Shown: piece by piece, positions 25,686 through 36,163 of the stretch
Numbering within the stretch: the stretch's first letter is position 1
How the letters are laid out: each line of letters starts with the position of its first letter
NCBI GenBank assembly: GCA_963770895.1
Contig: CAVYRF010000002.1
Coordinates: forward strand, 480,001-544,000
Reading direction: 5' to 3'
Length of the DNA stretch: 64,000 bases
From: an uncultured Acidobacteriota bacterium
Lineage (GTDB): Bacteria > Acidobacteriota > Thermoanaerobaculia > Multivoradales > UBA5704
Translations under genes and position numbers: made by a program
The notes under the pieces: model-generated
Database searches by the model: none
The model's input: only the letters and a program-made list of their open reading frames with translations
Told to the model about the DNA's origin: nothing

Positions 25686-27341
25686 CAGCTCGCTCGACTT
25701 GGAGAGGAAGTCGATGGCTTTGTCGAATTCCTTGCGCTTGTAGTGCACCCAGCCCAGGGCGGCAAGGGGGAACTGGCGGATCTCGTCGGGCGATAGCTCT
25801 ACCGAACGGCGGGCGAAGCCCAGGGCTTCGTCCAGGTCCTCTTCCATCTCTGCCAGGTTGTAGGCCATCTCGTAGTAGGCGATGGTCTTGCTGAAGTTGG
25901 AGCCGGATTCGTCCACCATGCGCTGGCCGATGCGGTTGCCTTCGCGGTATTTGCCCTGGCTGCGCATGGCCTCGATGAGGGCGGCGCAGGCGGTCGCCTT
26001 GAGCATCTCGCCGGGATTGAGGTCCAGGACCTTGCGGGTGACGGCCTCGATCTCCTGGCTGCGGTTGAGGTGCAGGCAGAGCAGGGCGTACGACATCAAA
26101 AGCGTCGGGTTTTCGGGATCCAGGGCCAGGGCCCGGCGGTAGCAGGAGTGGGCCTGCTTGAGGTTTTCGCGCTGCAGGAAGTCTTCGCCCTTGGCCAGCC
26201 ACCCCGCCGCTTCGCCGTCGACGCCGGGCAGCGGGCTGCCGCCGGCCTGACCCGAAAGGTAGTGCACCAGGTCCTGGTACTGGAGCTTCTTGGGGTTGAG
26301 GCGCTGCGCCTGGCGGAACGATTCCAGGGCCTTGCGGTTCCAATGGCGGTCCAGGTAGGCGAGGCCGAGAAGGTGGTGGGCTTCTTCGAAGGCCGGGTCG
26401 TGGCGCACCGCTTCCTGCAGGTGGCGGACGGCGGCGGTCAGCTTGCCCATCTCGTAGCAGCAGCTGCCCAGCAGGAAGAGCGCCTGCGGCACCGCGTCCA
26501 CCTGCACGGCGCGCTCCAGGAAGAGCACCGCCTTGGCGAGGTTGCCCTGGCCGGCGTAGACCGCGCCCAGGCTGAACTGCGGCAGGAAGCTGTCGGGGTA
26601 GATCGCCACCGCACGCTTGAGGTAGTCCTCGGCGCGTCCGTGGTCGCCGCGCTCGTAGTAGATGACGCCGCTGTAGACCAGGCCTTCGTAATGGTCGTGC
26701 TTGACCTCCAGCACGCGCGAAAAGCAGGCCAGGGCGGGCTCCGAGTTGCCTTCGTTGAAGTGGGTCTCACCCAGGAAGTAGGCCAGCTCGTAGTTGTCGC
26801 GGTCCAGCTTGTAGGCCGCGTCCAGCGCCGCCACCGCACGCTCGATGTCGAAGGCGAACAGGGCGTATTCGGCGTCTTCCAGATGCTGCAGGAAGAGCTT
26901 GCGCTTGTCGCCGTGATGCAGGGCGGCGATGCGCTCCTTGATCGACAGGAAGCGCTCGCGCTTTTCGAGCGCCAGCAGCTGGTAGTCCATCTTGGACTCC
27001 CAGAGGTCGCTCCATTCATCGCCGGCGATCAGCCGCTTCTGCTCCAGCAGCTCGCGCAGGGCGGTCATGCCCGTCTGGTTGATGAGGATGTTCTTTTCCT
27101 GCTTGTGCAGCGCTCCCAGCAGCTGGCGCACCGTTTCGGCGGTGCGCTTGACCGCCTCTTCCAGGATGGAGATGCGCTCCAGCAGGTGCTCGTCGAAGGA
27201 GAAGTTCTCCTCCGGCGTGCCCTCTTCGTAGGGCTCTTCGTCTTCGTTGGCGCCGCCCGACAGCACCAGCAGCTTCTGGTGGCAGCGGACGCAGAATTCC
27301 TGGTCGTCCTGGTTGAGGGCGCCGCAGACCTGGCAGTACAT
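25494..27341 (-). CDS. TPR repeat protein with N-terminal zinc ribbon and coiled coil
   Basis: MYCQVCGALN...FCVRC; many canonical TPRs (YFLGETHF, FSLGAVY, HLLGLAYL, AALGWVHY). Confidence 0.88.
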   Translation of the reverse strand: MYCQVCGALNQDDQEFCVRCHQKLLVLSGGANEDEEPYEEGTPEENFSFDEHLLERISILEEAVKRTAETVRQLLGALHKQEKNILINQTGMTALRELLEQKRLIAGDEWSDLWESKMDYQLLALEKRERFLSIKERIAALHHGDKRKLFLQHLEDAEYALFAFDIERAVAALDAAYKLDRDNYELAYFLGETHFNEGNSEPALACFSRVLEVKHDHYEGLVYSGVIYYERGDHGRAEDYLKRAVAIYPDSFLPQFSLGAVYAGQGNLAKAVLFLERAVQVDAVPQALFLLGSCCYEMGKLTAAVRHLQEAVRHDPAFEEAHHLLGLAYLDRHWNRKALESFRQAQRLNPKKLQYQDLVHYLSGQAGGSPLPGVDGEAAGWLAKGEDFLQRENLKQAHSCYRRALALDPENPTLLMSYALLCLHLNRSQEIEAVTRKVLDLNPGEMLKATACAALIEAMRSQGKYREGNRIGQRMVDESGSNFSKTIAYYEMAYNLAEMEEDLDEALGFARRSVELSPDEIRQFPLAALGWVHYKRKEFDKAIDFLSKSSELGPSANTLTHLGMALLASGEEDRARSVLAHARGLGRGEGLQEKMMECMKDSTRLLERVRRGQKR

Positions 27342-27343
27342 CC

Positions 27344-28234
27344 TCACTTGGCCGGGGCCTCCTGGTAGTCGTAAAAGCCGCGTCCCGACTTGCGGCCGAG
27401 GTGGCCGGCGTCGACCATCTTGACCAGCAGCGGGCACGGACGGTACTTGGGATCGCCGAAGCCCTCCTGCAGCACGCGCAGGATGTCCAGGCAGACGTCC
27501 AGCCCGATCAGGTCGGCGAGCGCCAGCGGTCCCATGGGATGGTTCATCCCAAGCTTCATAACCTGATCGATGGCCGCCGCCTTCCCCACTCCCTCGTAGA
27601 GGCAGAAGATCGCCTCGTTGATCATCGGCATCAGCACCCGGTTGGAGACGAACCCCGGCGCGTCGTAGACCTCGACCGGCGTCTTGCCCATCTGCCGCGC
27701 CGCCGCCTCTACCGTGTCGTAGGTGTGCTGGTCGGTCGCCAGGCCGCGGATGATCTCCACCAGCTGCATGACCGGCACCGGGTTCATGAAGTGCATGCCG
27801 ATGACCTTGCCCGGCCGCCGCGTGGCGGCAGCCAGCCGGGTGATCGAGATCGAGCTGGTATTGGTGCCCAGGATCGCGTGCTCCGGGCAGACCCGGTCGA
27901 GCTCGGCAAGCACGCGCTGCTTGACCTCGAGCTTTTCGACCACCGCTTCGATCGCCAGGTCGACCTGGGCCAGCGCCGCCAGGTCGCCGCCGGTCGAGAC
28001 CCGCGCCAGCGCCCGGTCGCGGTCTTCGGCCGCCAGCTTCCCCTTGTCCACCAGCCGGGCCAGCCCCTTGCCGATCTGGGCCACGCCGCGCGCCAGCGCC
28101 GCCGGCGCCGCATCCACCAGGGTCACCTGGTAGCCCGCTTGCGCCGCCACCTGGGCGATGCCATGCCCCATGGTGCCGGCCCCCACCACCCCGATCCGCA
28201 GCCCGCTCGCCTCACCTGCCGCCGTCTCGCTCAT
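27344..28234 (-). CDS. hbd: 3-hydroxybutyryl-CoA dehydrogenase
   Basis: GVVGAGTMGHGIA, IEAVVE, NTSSISIT, GMHFMNPVP, PGFVSNR, HPMGPLALADLIGLD. Confidence 0.93.
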   Translation of the reverse strand: MSETAAGEASGLRIGVVGAGTMGHGIAQVAAQAGYQVTLVDAAPAALARGVAQIGKGLARLVDKGKLAAEDRDRALARVSTGGDLAALAQVDLAIEAVVEKLEVKQRVLAELDRVCPEHAILGTNTSSISITRLAAATRRPGKVIGMHFMNPVPVMQLVEIIRGLATDQHTYDTVEAAARQMGKTPVEVYDAPGFVSNRVLMPMINEAIFCLYEGVGKAAAIDQVMKLGMNHPMGPLALADLIGLDVCLDILRVLQEGFGDPKYRPCPLLVKMVDAGHLGRKSGRGFYDYQEAPAK

Positions 28235-28396
28235 CCGTTGCAGTCGCTCCCTTCGCCGCTGCGCGGCATCGCCGTCCCGAGCCTAAGAGATCGACCCACG
28301 GTGGTCAAGGTCGCTTCTTGATTTGCTGATTCTCTTCAATGCACGGCCGGCGGCCTGGGCGCCACCCGGCGCCGACGGGGGGCAGCCGGCCCAGGA

Positions 28397-29362
28397 TCAG
28401 GCCAGGTCGAACCAGACTTCGCGGCGGCCGAACTTGGTGGAGAGCGTGGCGCCGATGCCGATGAGGGTGCCGGCGGTCCACACCCAGACGCCGACGTAGG
28501 GGAGGAACTTGACCGCTCCCATGACCAGCAGGCCCAGGGTGGCGGCGTTGAGGGGGCGGAGGCTGCGCCGCAGGAGGTGCAGGGCGACCCAGTCGCCCAG
28601 GGCGTAGAAGACGGCGACCATGCCCCATAGCTTCAGCACCAGCAGCAGCAGGCCGACCAGTGCGAGCATCGGCGCCCAGGCCAGACCGCCGACCAGGATG
28701 GTGAAGGCGAGCGCCGTCAGCACCAGGGCCACGACGCCGGTCAAGCCGGTGAAGAAGCTGAGGAACGGTTCCTGCCGCACGTCGTCGGCGGTTTCCAGCA
28801 TCTGCCGGCCGCTGGCGGCAAACAGCAGCAGCAGCAGCGCGGCCCAGGCGGCCAGCAGGGCGAGCTTGGCGCCCAACACCAGGGGCGAGGCGGCGGAGAG
28901 CCCCAGGCTCGGGCCCTCGATGAAGGTCAGCAGAGAGGGAGACGCATCGGGGTACGACACCGAGGTGCCGCCGATCCGCGCCCCCGGCTCGGCTTGAATG
29001 TCGCCGCCCATGACCGAGATGCTGCCTTCGACCACGGCGTGGGGCGCCAGGTGGGCGTTGCCGCCGATGACGATGACGTCGCCCTTGACGTGGCCGCTGA
29101 CCAGCACGGAGCCGTTGAGCGCGGCGACGTCGGCCAGGGCGTCGCCGGCGACTTCGATGTCGCGCGCCACCGCCACCAGCTGGTGGCGCGCCACCGCGCC
29201 GGGCGCCAGCCGCAGCGCCATCCGCGGGGGCGCGACGCGCGCACCATGCGCACTTTTGAGGGGCGCGGCAGGCGCCGCCGCGGTCTGGGCGTGCACACCC
29301 CAGCCCGCGACAGCCGGAGCGGCCGTCGCCACGACGAGCAACCAGACCCTGACACCTCTCAC
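28397..29362 (-). CDS. Bactofilin-like beta-helix plus multi-pass membrane protein
   Basis: Signal peptide; V-x-G-D-V-type repeats (VSGHVKGDVIVIGG, VEGSISVMGG); C-terminal TM helices. Confidence 0.65.
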   Translation of the reverse strand: MRGVRVWLLVVATAAPAVAGWGVHAQTAAAPAAPLKSAHGARVAPPRMALRLAPGAVARHQLVAVARDIEVAGDALADVAALNGSVLVSGHVKGDVIVIGGNAHLAPHAVVEGSISVMGGDIQAEPGARIGGTSVSYPDASPSLLTFIEGPSLGLSAASPLVLGAKLALLAAWAALLLLLFAASGRQMLETADDVRQEPFLSFFTGLTGVVALVLTALAFTILVGGLAWAPMLALVGLLLLVLKLWGMVAVFYALGDWVALHLLRRSLRPLNAATLGLLVMGAVKFLPYVGVWVWTAGTLIGIGATLSTKFGRREVWFDLA

Positions 29363-29415
29363 CAGAAGAATCTAGCGCGGGCGACGCCGCATTGCCAGAC
29401 GTGACCGGCGGGGGG

Positions 29416-29979
29416 TCATCGGCGCGTGGCGGTGGCGCGCGCCAGCCGCCGCCGCCGGATCAGGGAGAACAGCAGCAGGTTGAGGCAGATGACGAAGACG
29501 CCGAACATGACCATGCTGACCGGAGAGGCCAGCAGCTGATCGACGAACAGGCTGCACCAGCGCCACGAGGCGGTGGTGAAGCCGATGCCCGCCACCAGCG
29601 CCGCGCGCAGCATGCCGCCCAACGCGGCCAGGACGCCGTAGGCGGAGCCCAGCCGCGCCGAGCCGGCGCCCAAAAGACCGATGCCGGCGCCGAGCAGCGC
29701 GGTCAGCACGGCGACCGGGAACGTCCAGGTGCGCGGGTGGCGGGCTTCCCAGCCCGCGGCGGGGAGAGATGCCATCACCCGCTGGCGAAATCCGGACATC
29801 ACCTCCAGGCGGGAGGTGTGAAGCAGAGCGTGCAGCGCCGCCAGCTGGTCCCGCTCGGCCTGGCATTCCGGGCAGCGGGCAACGTGGGTGTCGAGAACCG
29901 CCTGCTGCTCGGCGCTCAGGGTGCCGTCGACTCCCTGGTCCAGCAGGTCGCGAAAGGTCGTATGGTCGGAGCTGTTCAT
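29416..29979 (-). CDS. Zinc-binding anti-sigma factor (zf-HC2) with TM helices
   Basis: HVARCPEC (HxxxCxxC); directly downstream of an ECF sigma. Confidence 0.8.
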   Translation of the reverse strand: MNSSDHTTFRDLLDQGVDGTLSAEQQAVLDTHVARCPECQAERDQLAALHALLHTSRLEVMSGFRQRVMASLPAAGWEARHPRTWTFPVAVLTALLGAGIGLLGAGSARLGSAYGVLAALGGMLRAALVAGIGFTTASWRWCSLFVDQLLASPVSMVMFGVFVICLNLLLFSLIRRRRLARATATRR

Positions 29980-30027
29980 CGCGGATCGGTCCTCGTCGAG
30001 CGGTTGATCCTCATGCTGCCGGCGCCC

Positions 30028-30615
30028 TCAATCGGCGAGGAAGCCATGCAGCTTCTCCTTCAACATCTGCCTCCCTCGAAACAGCTTGTTCTTCACCGTG
30101 CCGAGCGGCATCTGTTTGAGCCGCGCAATCTCTTCGTACGGCAGCTCGCCGAAGTGCCGCAGGACGATCAGCTCCCGATACTCCCAGGGCAGGGCGTCGA
30201 TCGCCTTCTGGATGGCGCCGGCGCGTTCCCGGTTGCGCAGGTCGCCATAGGGTCCGCGTTCGGTGGCCGGCAGGTCCCAATCGCGTCCCTCTCCTTCGTC
30301 GTCTTCCACCCGCAGCGACACCAGCTTGAGGCGCCGCCGGCGGATCTGGTCGATCGCGGCGTTCTGCGCGATCCTGAACAGCCAGGTCGAGAACTTATAC
30401 GACGGGTCGTACCGGTCCAGAACCTGATACACCTTGACCAGCACCTCCTGGCTGAGATCGTACGCATCGTCAGGGTTGCGCAGCAGGCGGAACAGGTAAT
30501 TGACCAGCCGCCCCTGATAGCGCTCGACGAGATCGCCGAAACGCTCGCGGTCGCCTTGAAGCACCGCCGTCACCAGATCTTCGTCGGTCGGCTGCTGCAC
30601 CGCGTCCCTTGTCAT
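30028..30615 (-). CDS. ECF RNA polymerase sigma-70 factor
   Basis: FGDLVERYQ, DAYDLSQE, FSTWLFRIAQN, YEEIA...PLGTVKNKLFRGR. Confidence 0.93.
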   Translation of the reverse strand: MTRDAVQQPTDEDLVTAVLQGDRERFGDLVERYQGRLVNYLFRLLRNPDDAYDLSQEVLVKVYQVLDRYDPSYKFSTWLFRIAQNAAIDQIRRRRLKLVSLRVEDDEGEGRDWDLPATERGPYGDLRNRERAGAIQKAIDALPWEYRELIVLRHFGELPYEEIARLKQMPLGTVKNKLFRGRQMLKEKLHGFLAD

Positions 30616-30718
30616 GAGTGGATACGCAACGTGCCAACCAAGGTTGCACGCCGGAGCGGCCGGGGGTGCCGGTCCGCCGGCGCAGCTGCAGCGGGGTTCA
30701 TGGCGGCGGTAGAACCGG

Positions 30719-31474
30719 TTACTTCGGGGGTGCCTGGGGGGCGACGCCGGCGGACTTGGCGCGCTCGCTGGCGCTGACCACGCCCGAGGCCTTGCCGTTG
30801 AGCAGCGCCAGCAGATCGACCTCCACCCCGTTTGGCGACTGCTCGACGATGCGGCCGACTTCCCGGCCGTCGCGGCGCACGATCAGGGTCGGCACGTAGC
30901 GCAGCCCGACCGGCCCGGTGAGCGCCGCGGGTTCTTTCTTTTCCTGGTCGACGCCGACGTAGCGCAGGGTGAACGGCAGCCCGCCGCTGGCACCGCCCTC
31001 CGCGGTGGCGCCGATCTCGTCGAGCACCCGCCACAGCCGCGACACTTCCCGCCGGCTGTCGCTGCACCAGGTTCCCATGAACACCGTCACCTCCGCGCCG
31101 GGTGCGACCAGCGCCAGCGCATGCGCCGCCGCCAGGTCGGGCTTGGATTCAACCCCCACCGTCACCCACGACGGCACCGCCTTTTCCACCTGCTCCCGCG
31201 TCAGCGGCCCGAGCAGCACGGGCGGCGCCGTCGGGTCGGGCGCCGGCGCTGTCACCGGCGCGGGCGCCGCCACCTTGAGGACGCGGGCCGGTGCACTGGT
31301 CGCCGCAGGCGCCGCGCCCGCGGCCGCCGGGCCGGGCGCGGCCGGCGGAACGGCGCAAGCCACCTGGCGAGCCGCGGCCGCCCGCAAAAAGCCCATGCCG
31401 AGCCCCAGGCAAAGAGCGGCTGCTGTCACGACCACCACGGCGACGTCTGGACCGGTTCGCATCGTTCGCACCAT
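30719..31474 (-). CDS. Exported thioredoxin-like protein (CxxS)
   Basis: VFMGTWCSDSRR, YVPTLIV...EVGRIVE; N-terminal signal/TM. Confidence 0.75.
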   Translation of the reverse strand: MVRTMRTGPDVAVVVVTAAALCLGLGMGFLRAAAARQVACAVPPAAPGPAAAGAAPAATSAPARVLKVAAPAPVTAPAPDPTAPPVLLGPLTREQVEKAVPSWVTVGVESKPDLAAAHALALVAPGAEVTVFMGTWCSDSRREVSRLWRVLDEIGATAEGGASGGLPFTLRYVGVDQEKKEPAALTGPVGLRYVPTLIVRRDGREVGRIVEQSPNGVEVDLLALLNGKASGVVSASERAKSAGVAPQAPPK

Positions 31475-31570
31475 GGGCGCAAGTCTATCGTAACTGCGTG
31501 CGCGGAGCGGCCGGCGCCGCCGCTTCAGGTGCGCGGCGCCGCCGGTCAGCCGCCCAGCCGCGCCGCCACG

Positions 31571-33097
31571 CTAGCTGGCCAGCTTCGCGCACCGCAGCAG
31601 CGCGGCAAAGCGGGGCTGGCCACGCAAGCGGTCGTAGGCCGGATCGACCTGCAAGAAGGGGATCTCGAAGCCCGACCGCTCTCTGCACTGTTGGCGCAGC
31701 AGGTCGAGCGCGTGGTCGACCTGGCCGAGCTCGATCGCCGCCACGACGGCAAACCCGAAGCTTGCGGGATCGGCCCTGTCGGTGCCCTGCTCCATGCGCG
31801 CCCAGAAATCGATCAAACTGGCCGGCACCGGGAGGGCCATCGCGCGGGCTTCGTCTTGCGCCGCCGTCTGGGCAACCTGCACGTCGCCCTTCGCCAAGGC
31901 GGCCAGGAGCTGGGTCCAGTAGACGCGCTGCAACACCGGCGCCGGGGAGGCGGCGGCGTGCTTCGCGGCGAGCGCCAGCGCGATCGTCTGCCGCGTCCGC
32001 TCGATGGCCTGGTCATAACGGCGGGCCAGATAGTAGAACCAGCCCGGGTTCATGGCGATCATCCGCTCGGGCTCCAATGCCTCTGCGCGGCTGAGTTCTG
32101 CCAGGGCCTCGTCGTGGCGTCCCTGCGCGGCCAGCACCCTCGCCAAGCCGAAGTGTCCTTGCGCACTTCTGCCTTCGAGGCGGACCGCGCGCCGGAACTC
32201 TTCTTCGGCGCCGCGCCAGTCGTAGTCGTATTGGAACAGGCGCTGGCCGCGCACCACGGCGGCCACGAAGTTGCTCGGGTCGAGTGCAAGCGCTCGCCCT
32301 TCCGCGGCCTCAGCGCTCGCCAGCACATCCCGCGCCGGTTTCCCGGTCCCCAGTATCACCTGGCCGAGGGACGCGAAGGCAGGGGCAGACCGGGGATCGA
32401 GCAGGGCCGCCTCTTCGAAACGACCCTTCGCCTGTGCGGTTTCGCCCAGGGCTGCGAGATATTGCCCCTCAAGGTAGCGCTCTTGGCCTGGCGACCCTCC
32501 TGCCGGAGCCACGATGCCTGGTGACAACGGCCGCACCAGCCGCGGCACCAGGATGACCGCGATCGGCAGGAGCACGCTGAGCACCAGGGCGAGGCCGCCG
32601 GCGGCGGTGAGCGGCGAGCGCCACCGCGCGGTTGGCAGCCGCGGCGCCGGCACCGCCGCGGACATCGGGGCCGCCGCATCGCAATCCACCACCTCGACCC
32701 GGGCCAGAAAGCGATAGCCGCGACGGGGAAGGGTGGCCACGAAGCGCGGCTGGGCGGCGGAATCGCCAAGGGCGCGGCGAATCTGGAGAATGGAGAAGTT
32801 CAGCGCCAGATCGAAGTCGACATAGGTGTCGCCCCCCCAGACGGCGCGCCGGATCGCGTCTCTACTCACCACCTCCCCCGCCTGCCCGGCGAGGATCTCG
32901 AGGACCTTCGCCGGCCGAGGCTGGAGCTTGACAGCGGCACCCGAACGGAAAAGCTCGCCGCTGTCCAGCCTGAGCTCGAATTCTCCGAACCGGAACGAGA
33001 TCGCTCGCCGGCCTGTCGGCGCCTGCGCCATCGCCATGTCACACAGCCCCGATACCGTGCCGGAGCGGCCGTCGGGCTGCATCTCCTGAAACTCCAT
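31571..33097 (-). CDS. CadC/ToxR-like winged-helix regulator with TM and TPR domain
   Basis: FRFGEFEL..SGEL, LQPRPAKVLEIL, IRRALGDSAAQPRFVATLPRRGYRF; TM; TPR region ending LQVDPAYDRLRGQPRF. Confidence 0.85.
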   Translation of the reverse strand: MEFQEMQPDGRSGTVSGLCDMAMAQAPTGRRAISFRFGEFELRLDSGELFRSGAAVKLQPRPAKVLEILAGQAGEVVSRDAIRRAVWGGDTYVDFDLALNFSILQIRRALGDSAAQPRFVATLPRRGYRFLARVEVVDCDAAAPMSAAVPAPRLPTARWRSPLTAAGGLALVLSVLLPIAVILVPRLVRPLSPGIVAPAGGSPGQERYLEGQYLAALGETAQAKGRFEEAALLDPRSAPAFASLGQVILGTGKPARDVLASAEAAEGRALALDPSNFVAAVVRGQRLFQYDYDWRGAEEEFRRAVRLEGRSAQGHFGLARVLAAQGRHDEALAELSRAEALEPERMIAMNPGWFYYLARRYDQAIERTRQTIALALAAKHAAASPAPVLQRVYWTQLLAALAKGDVQVAQTAAQDEARAMALPVPASLIDFWARMEQGTDRADPASFGFAVVAAIELGQVDHALDLLRQQCRERSGFEIPFLQVDPAYDRLRGQPRFAALLRCAKLAS

Positions 33098-33202
33098 TAT
33101 GGCTCATGCGCGGACCAAGGCACCGCTCATCCAGCGCTCAGGGCAACCCGCCGTCCGGCAAATACGTCTACACCGTGGCGTCCGCGCCTTCAGCGGGCGG
33201 CC

Positions 33203-35449
33203 TCAGCGGATCTCGGCGACGCTTTCGATGCGGTCGCCGGCTTCGATCGCGTCCAGCACGTCGGCCCCGGCGATCACCTCGCCGAAGGCGGTGTAGCCGC
33301 CGTCCAGGTGCGGCTGCGGCGACAGGGTGACGAAGAACTGGCTGCCGCCGGTGTCGGCGCCGGCCAGCGCCATGCCCACCACGCCGCGCCGGTAGCGCAG
33401 GCGGTTGATCTCGTCGCGCAGGGTGTAGCCGGGGCCGCCGTAGCCGTCGCCGCGCGGGTCGCCGGCCTGCACCACGAAGTCGGGGACGACGCGGTGGAAC
33501 AGCAGCCCGTCGTAGAAATGCTGGCGGGCCAGCTCGAGAAAATTCAAGCAGGTGCGCGGCGCCAGCGGGCAGTCGAGCCGGATGCGGAAGGGGCCGCGGC
33601 TGGTGCGCACCTCGACGACCTGCTGCCGCCGGGTGCGCTCGATGACCTGCCGGTAGACGTCGATGCCCTGCGGCATCGTCCCGGCCGCCGCATCCAGCGT
33701 CGGGTCCAGCCGCGGCGCCGGCCGCCCCAGGCCGACCAGCGCCGCCGAAGCTTCCCGCCGCAGCACGTAGCTGCTCTGGCCGCCGACCTGTTCGAGCAGC
33801 GCCACCAGGGCTCCCCGCTCGCGCGGCTGGGCCGCGGCGCGCGCCGCCAGCGCCTTGATCGCGCCCAGCGGCGATTCGATCGAGCCGTCGCCCAGCGACG
33901 TCGTCAGGGCCGGCGCCAGCAGCGCGAGCGGCGCCACCGGGTGGTCGCTCAGCCACTCGAGCGCCGTGGTCCGCACCCCCTCGTCCGCGTCGCGCAGCGC
34001 CGCCCGCGCGAAGGCGCCCGCCGTACCGCCGCCATCCAGTCCGCCGCCCCCGCCGCCCAACGCCGGCGCCCCCGCGGTGGCCGCGGCCGCCGCCGCCGGC
34101 GTCTTGCCCGGCGCCAGCCGTGCGCTCAGCACCGTCTCGCGCACCGCCGGGCTGGGGTCGCCGCTCAGCCGCACCAGCAGCGCACCCGGGCCGCACCAAC
34201 CCGCCGCCTCCGCCGCCCGCGCCCGCAGCTGCGGCACGATCGAGTCCGCCATGGCGGCGGCGAGCGCCGGCGCCCGCGCATCGCCGGCCTTGGCCAGCGC
34301 CACCAGCGCCAATCCCCGCTCCACGTCGGCCGGCGCCCGGCCGGTCTTTGCCGGTGCGGTGCCGCCGGCCGGCGCCTCACCGACTGGCGGGGCGGGCGGG
34401 ACGGCGGCGGCCAGGGTCGCCAGGGCGGCGCCCAGCGCCGGATCGGGACCGCGCAGCCAGGCGGCCGACGCCTCGATGGCGCTGACCCGGACGCCGGCGC
34501 GCGGGTCGGCCAGCAGCTCGAGCAGGCGCGGACCCCACGCCGCGCCGGCGCCGCCGCGGCCGGCGGCGGTGAGCGGCACGGCGGCGCGCAGCGCCTCGAT
34601 CACCGGCGCCGCCGCGGCATCGGCCAGCAGCGGCGCCAGCACGTCCAGGTCGGCCGCGGTGCCGACCTTGCCCAGACCGCGCGCCGCCCAGGCCCTCACC
34701 TGCGGGTCGCCGTCGCCGATCAGGCGCCGCAGCAGCGGCGCCGCCGCCGGCAGCGGATCGCGCGCCAAGGCATAGGCCGCCTGCCGGTGCAGCTCGGGGT
34801 CCGCCAGGCCCAGGCCGTGCTCCGCCAGCGGCAGCAGCGCCTCCTCCTTGAAGCGGAACAGGTACGGCAGCAGGCGCGGCCAGCGCTCCTCGTCGGGCAG
34901 CCCCAGCAGCTGCTCGCCGACCTGCACCAGCGGCGTCGCCAGCCGACCCAGCGCCTCGACCGCCAGGGCGCCGGTCTCACGGTCGGCGTCGCGCTCCGCC
35001 TTGAGCAGCGCCGGCCGCGCCTCCGGGTCGCCCAGCAGCCCCAGGCCGAAGGCCGCCTCGCGCCGCACCTCGGGCCGCTCGTCGATCAGCAGCCCTTCCA
35101 GCACCGACCGGCCGTCGCGGTCCGGCGTCCGGCCCAGAGCCGCCGCCAGCTGGACGCGCAGCTCGGGCCCACCCTTGAGCGCCTGCAACACGGTGACCGA
35201 TTCGTAGGTGCGCCGCTCCTGCATCAGCAGCAGCATCGCCAGCAGGTCGCGGTCCGGCGTCGCCACCGCCGGCAGATCGGCAGCCGCGGCCGTCCTGCCT
35301 GCCGCCGACCGACCGCCGGGAGCCCCGGACCCCGCCGCCGCCCCCTCTGCCCTCGCCAGGCAGACCAGGGCGACCGCCATCGCCATCCCGACCGCCATCG
35401 CCATCATCGTCGGGCGGCGCACGGCGACAGAGCAGAAGTTCACAGGCAT
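33203..35449 (-). CDS. HEAT-repeat protein fused to cyclophilin-type PPIase
   Basis: HEAT/PBS repeats; C-terminal APRTCLNF, FHRVVPDFVVQAGDP, GSQFFVT..PQPHLDGGYTAFG; start 35449 or 35458. Confidence 0.88.
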   Translation of the reverse strand: MPVNFCSVAVRRPTMMAMAVGMAMAVALVCLARAEGAAAGSGAPGGRSAAGRTAAAADLPAVATPDRDLLAMLLLMQERRTYESVTVLQALKGGPELRVQLAAALGRTPDRDGRSVLEGLLIDERPEVRREAAFGLGLLGDPEARPALLKAERDADRETGALAVEALGRLATPLVQVGEQLLGLPDEERWPRLLPYLFRFKEEALLPLAEHGLGLADPELHRQAAYALARDPLPAAAPLLRRLIGDGDPQVRAWAARGLGKVGTAADLDVLAPLLADAAAAPVIEALRAAVPLTAAGRGGAGAAWGPRLLELLADPRAGVRVSAIEASAAWLRGPDPALGAALATLAAAVPPAPPVGEAPAGGTAPAKTGRAPADVERGLALVALAKAGDARAPALAAAMADSIVPQLRARAAEAAGWCGPGALLVRLSGDPSPAVRETVLSARLAPGKTPAAAAAATAGAPALGGGGGGLDGGGTAGAFARAALRDADEGVRTTALEWLSDHPVAPLALLAPALTTSLGDGSIESPLGAIKALAARAAAQPRERGALVALLEQVGGQSSYVLRREASAALVGLGRPAPRLDPTLDAAAGTMPQGIDVYRQVIERTRRQQVVEVRTSRGPFRIRLDCPLAPRTCLNFLELARQHFYDGLLFHRVVPDFVVQAGDPRGDGYGGPGYTLRDEINRLRYRRGVVGMALAGADTGGSQFFVTLSPQPHLDGGYTAFGEVIAGADVLDAIEAGDRIESVAEIR

Positions 35450-35503
35450 GCGCGCCATGCTACGTCCGGGCGCCGCCGGGCGGCAAGGTTATACTCGCCG
35501 CCC

Positions 35504-36163
35504 ATGTCTGCCGCCCTGCGCTTCACCGGGCTGTCCCGGCAGTACGGCCGGCTGGCGGTGCTGTCCGGCGTGTCGGCGGCGGTCGCCGCCGGCCAGACGC
35601 TGCTGGTCACCGGCCGCAACGGCGCCGGCAAGAGCACGCTGCTGCGCTGCCTGGCCGGCCTGCTGCCGCCCGACGCGGGGACCATCGACTACCAGGAAGC
35701 CGGCCGCACGCTCGACGCCGCGGAGCGCCGCCGCCACGTCGGCCTGGTGGCGCCCGACCTGGCGCTCTACGGCGAGCTGACGGTGGCCGAAAACCTGGAC
35801 TTCTTCGCCCGCCTGCGCGGCCTGGCGCGGCCCAACGCCGCCGCCGCGGCGCTCCTGGCGCGCCTGCAGCTGCCCGCCCGCCAGCTCGCGGCGACGCTCT
35901 CTTCCGGCCAGCGCCAGCGCCTGCGCTGGGCGTGGGCGCTGCTCCACCGCCCGCGCCTGCTGCTGCTGGACGAACCGTTTCAGAACCTGGACGCCGCCGG
36001 ATTCGCGGTCACCCGCGCCCTGCTCGCCGAGCACCTCGACGGCAGCCTGGACGGCCCCGGTCCCGGCCCCGCCGGCGGCGGCGCGCCGGGCCTGGCCGTG
36101 ATCGCCAGCCCGGTGCCCCTGGAGATCGATCGCGTTGCGGTCACCCTCGACCTGGACCGCTGA
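35504..36163 (+). CDS. ccmA: Heme exporter ATP-binding subunit
   Basis: GRNGAGKST, LSSGQRQR, LLLDEP; first gene of the ccm cluster. Confidence 0.88.
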   Translation: MSAALRFTGLSRQYGRLAVLSGVSAAVAAGQTLLVTGRNGAGKSTLLRCLAGLLPPDAGTIDYQEAGRTLDAAERRRHVGLVAPDLALYGELTVAENLDFFARLRGLARPNAAAAALLARLQLPARQLAATLSSGQRQRLRWAWALLHRPRLLLLDEPFQNLDAAGFAVTRALLAEHLDGSLDGPGPGPAGGGAPGLAVIASPVPLEIDRVAVTLDLDR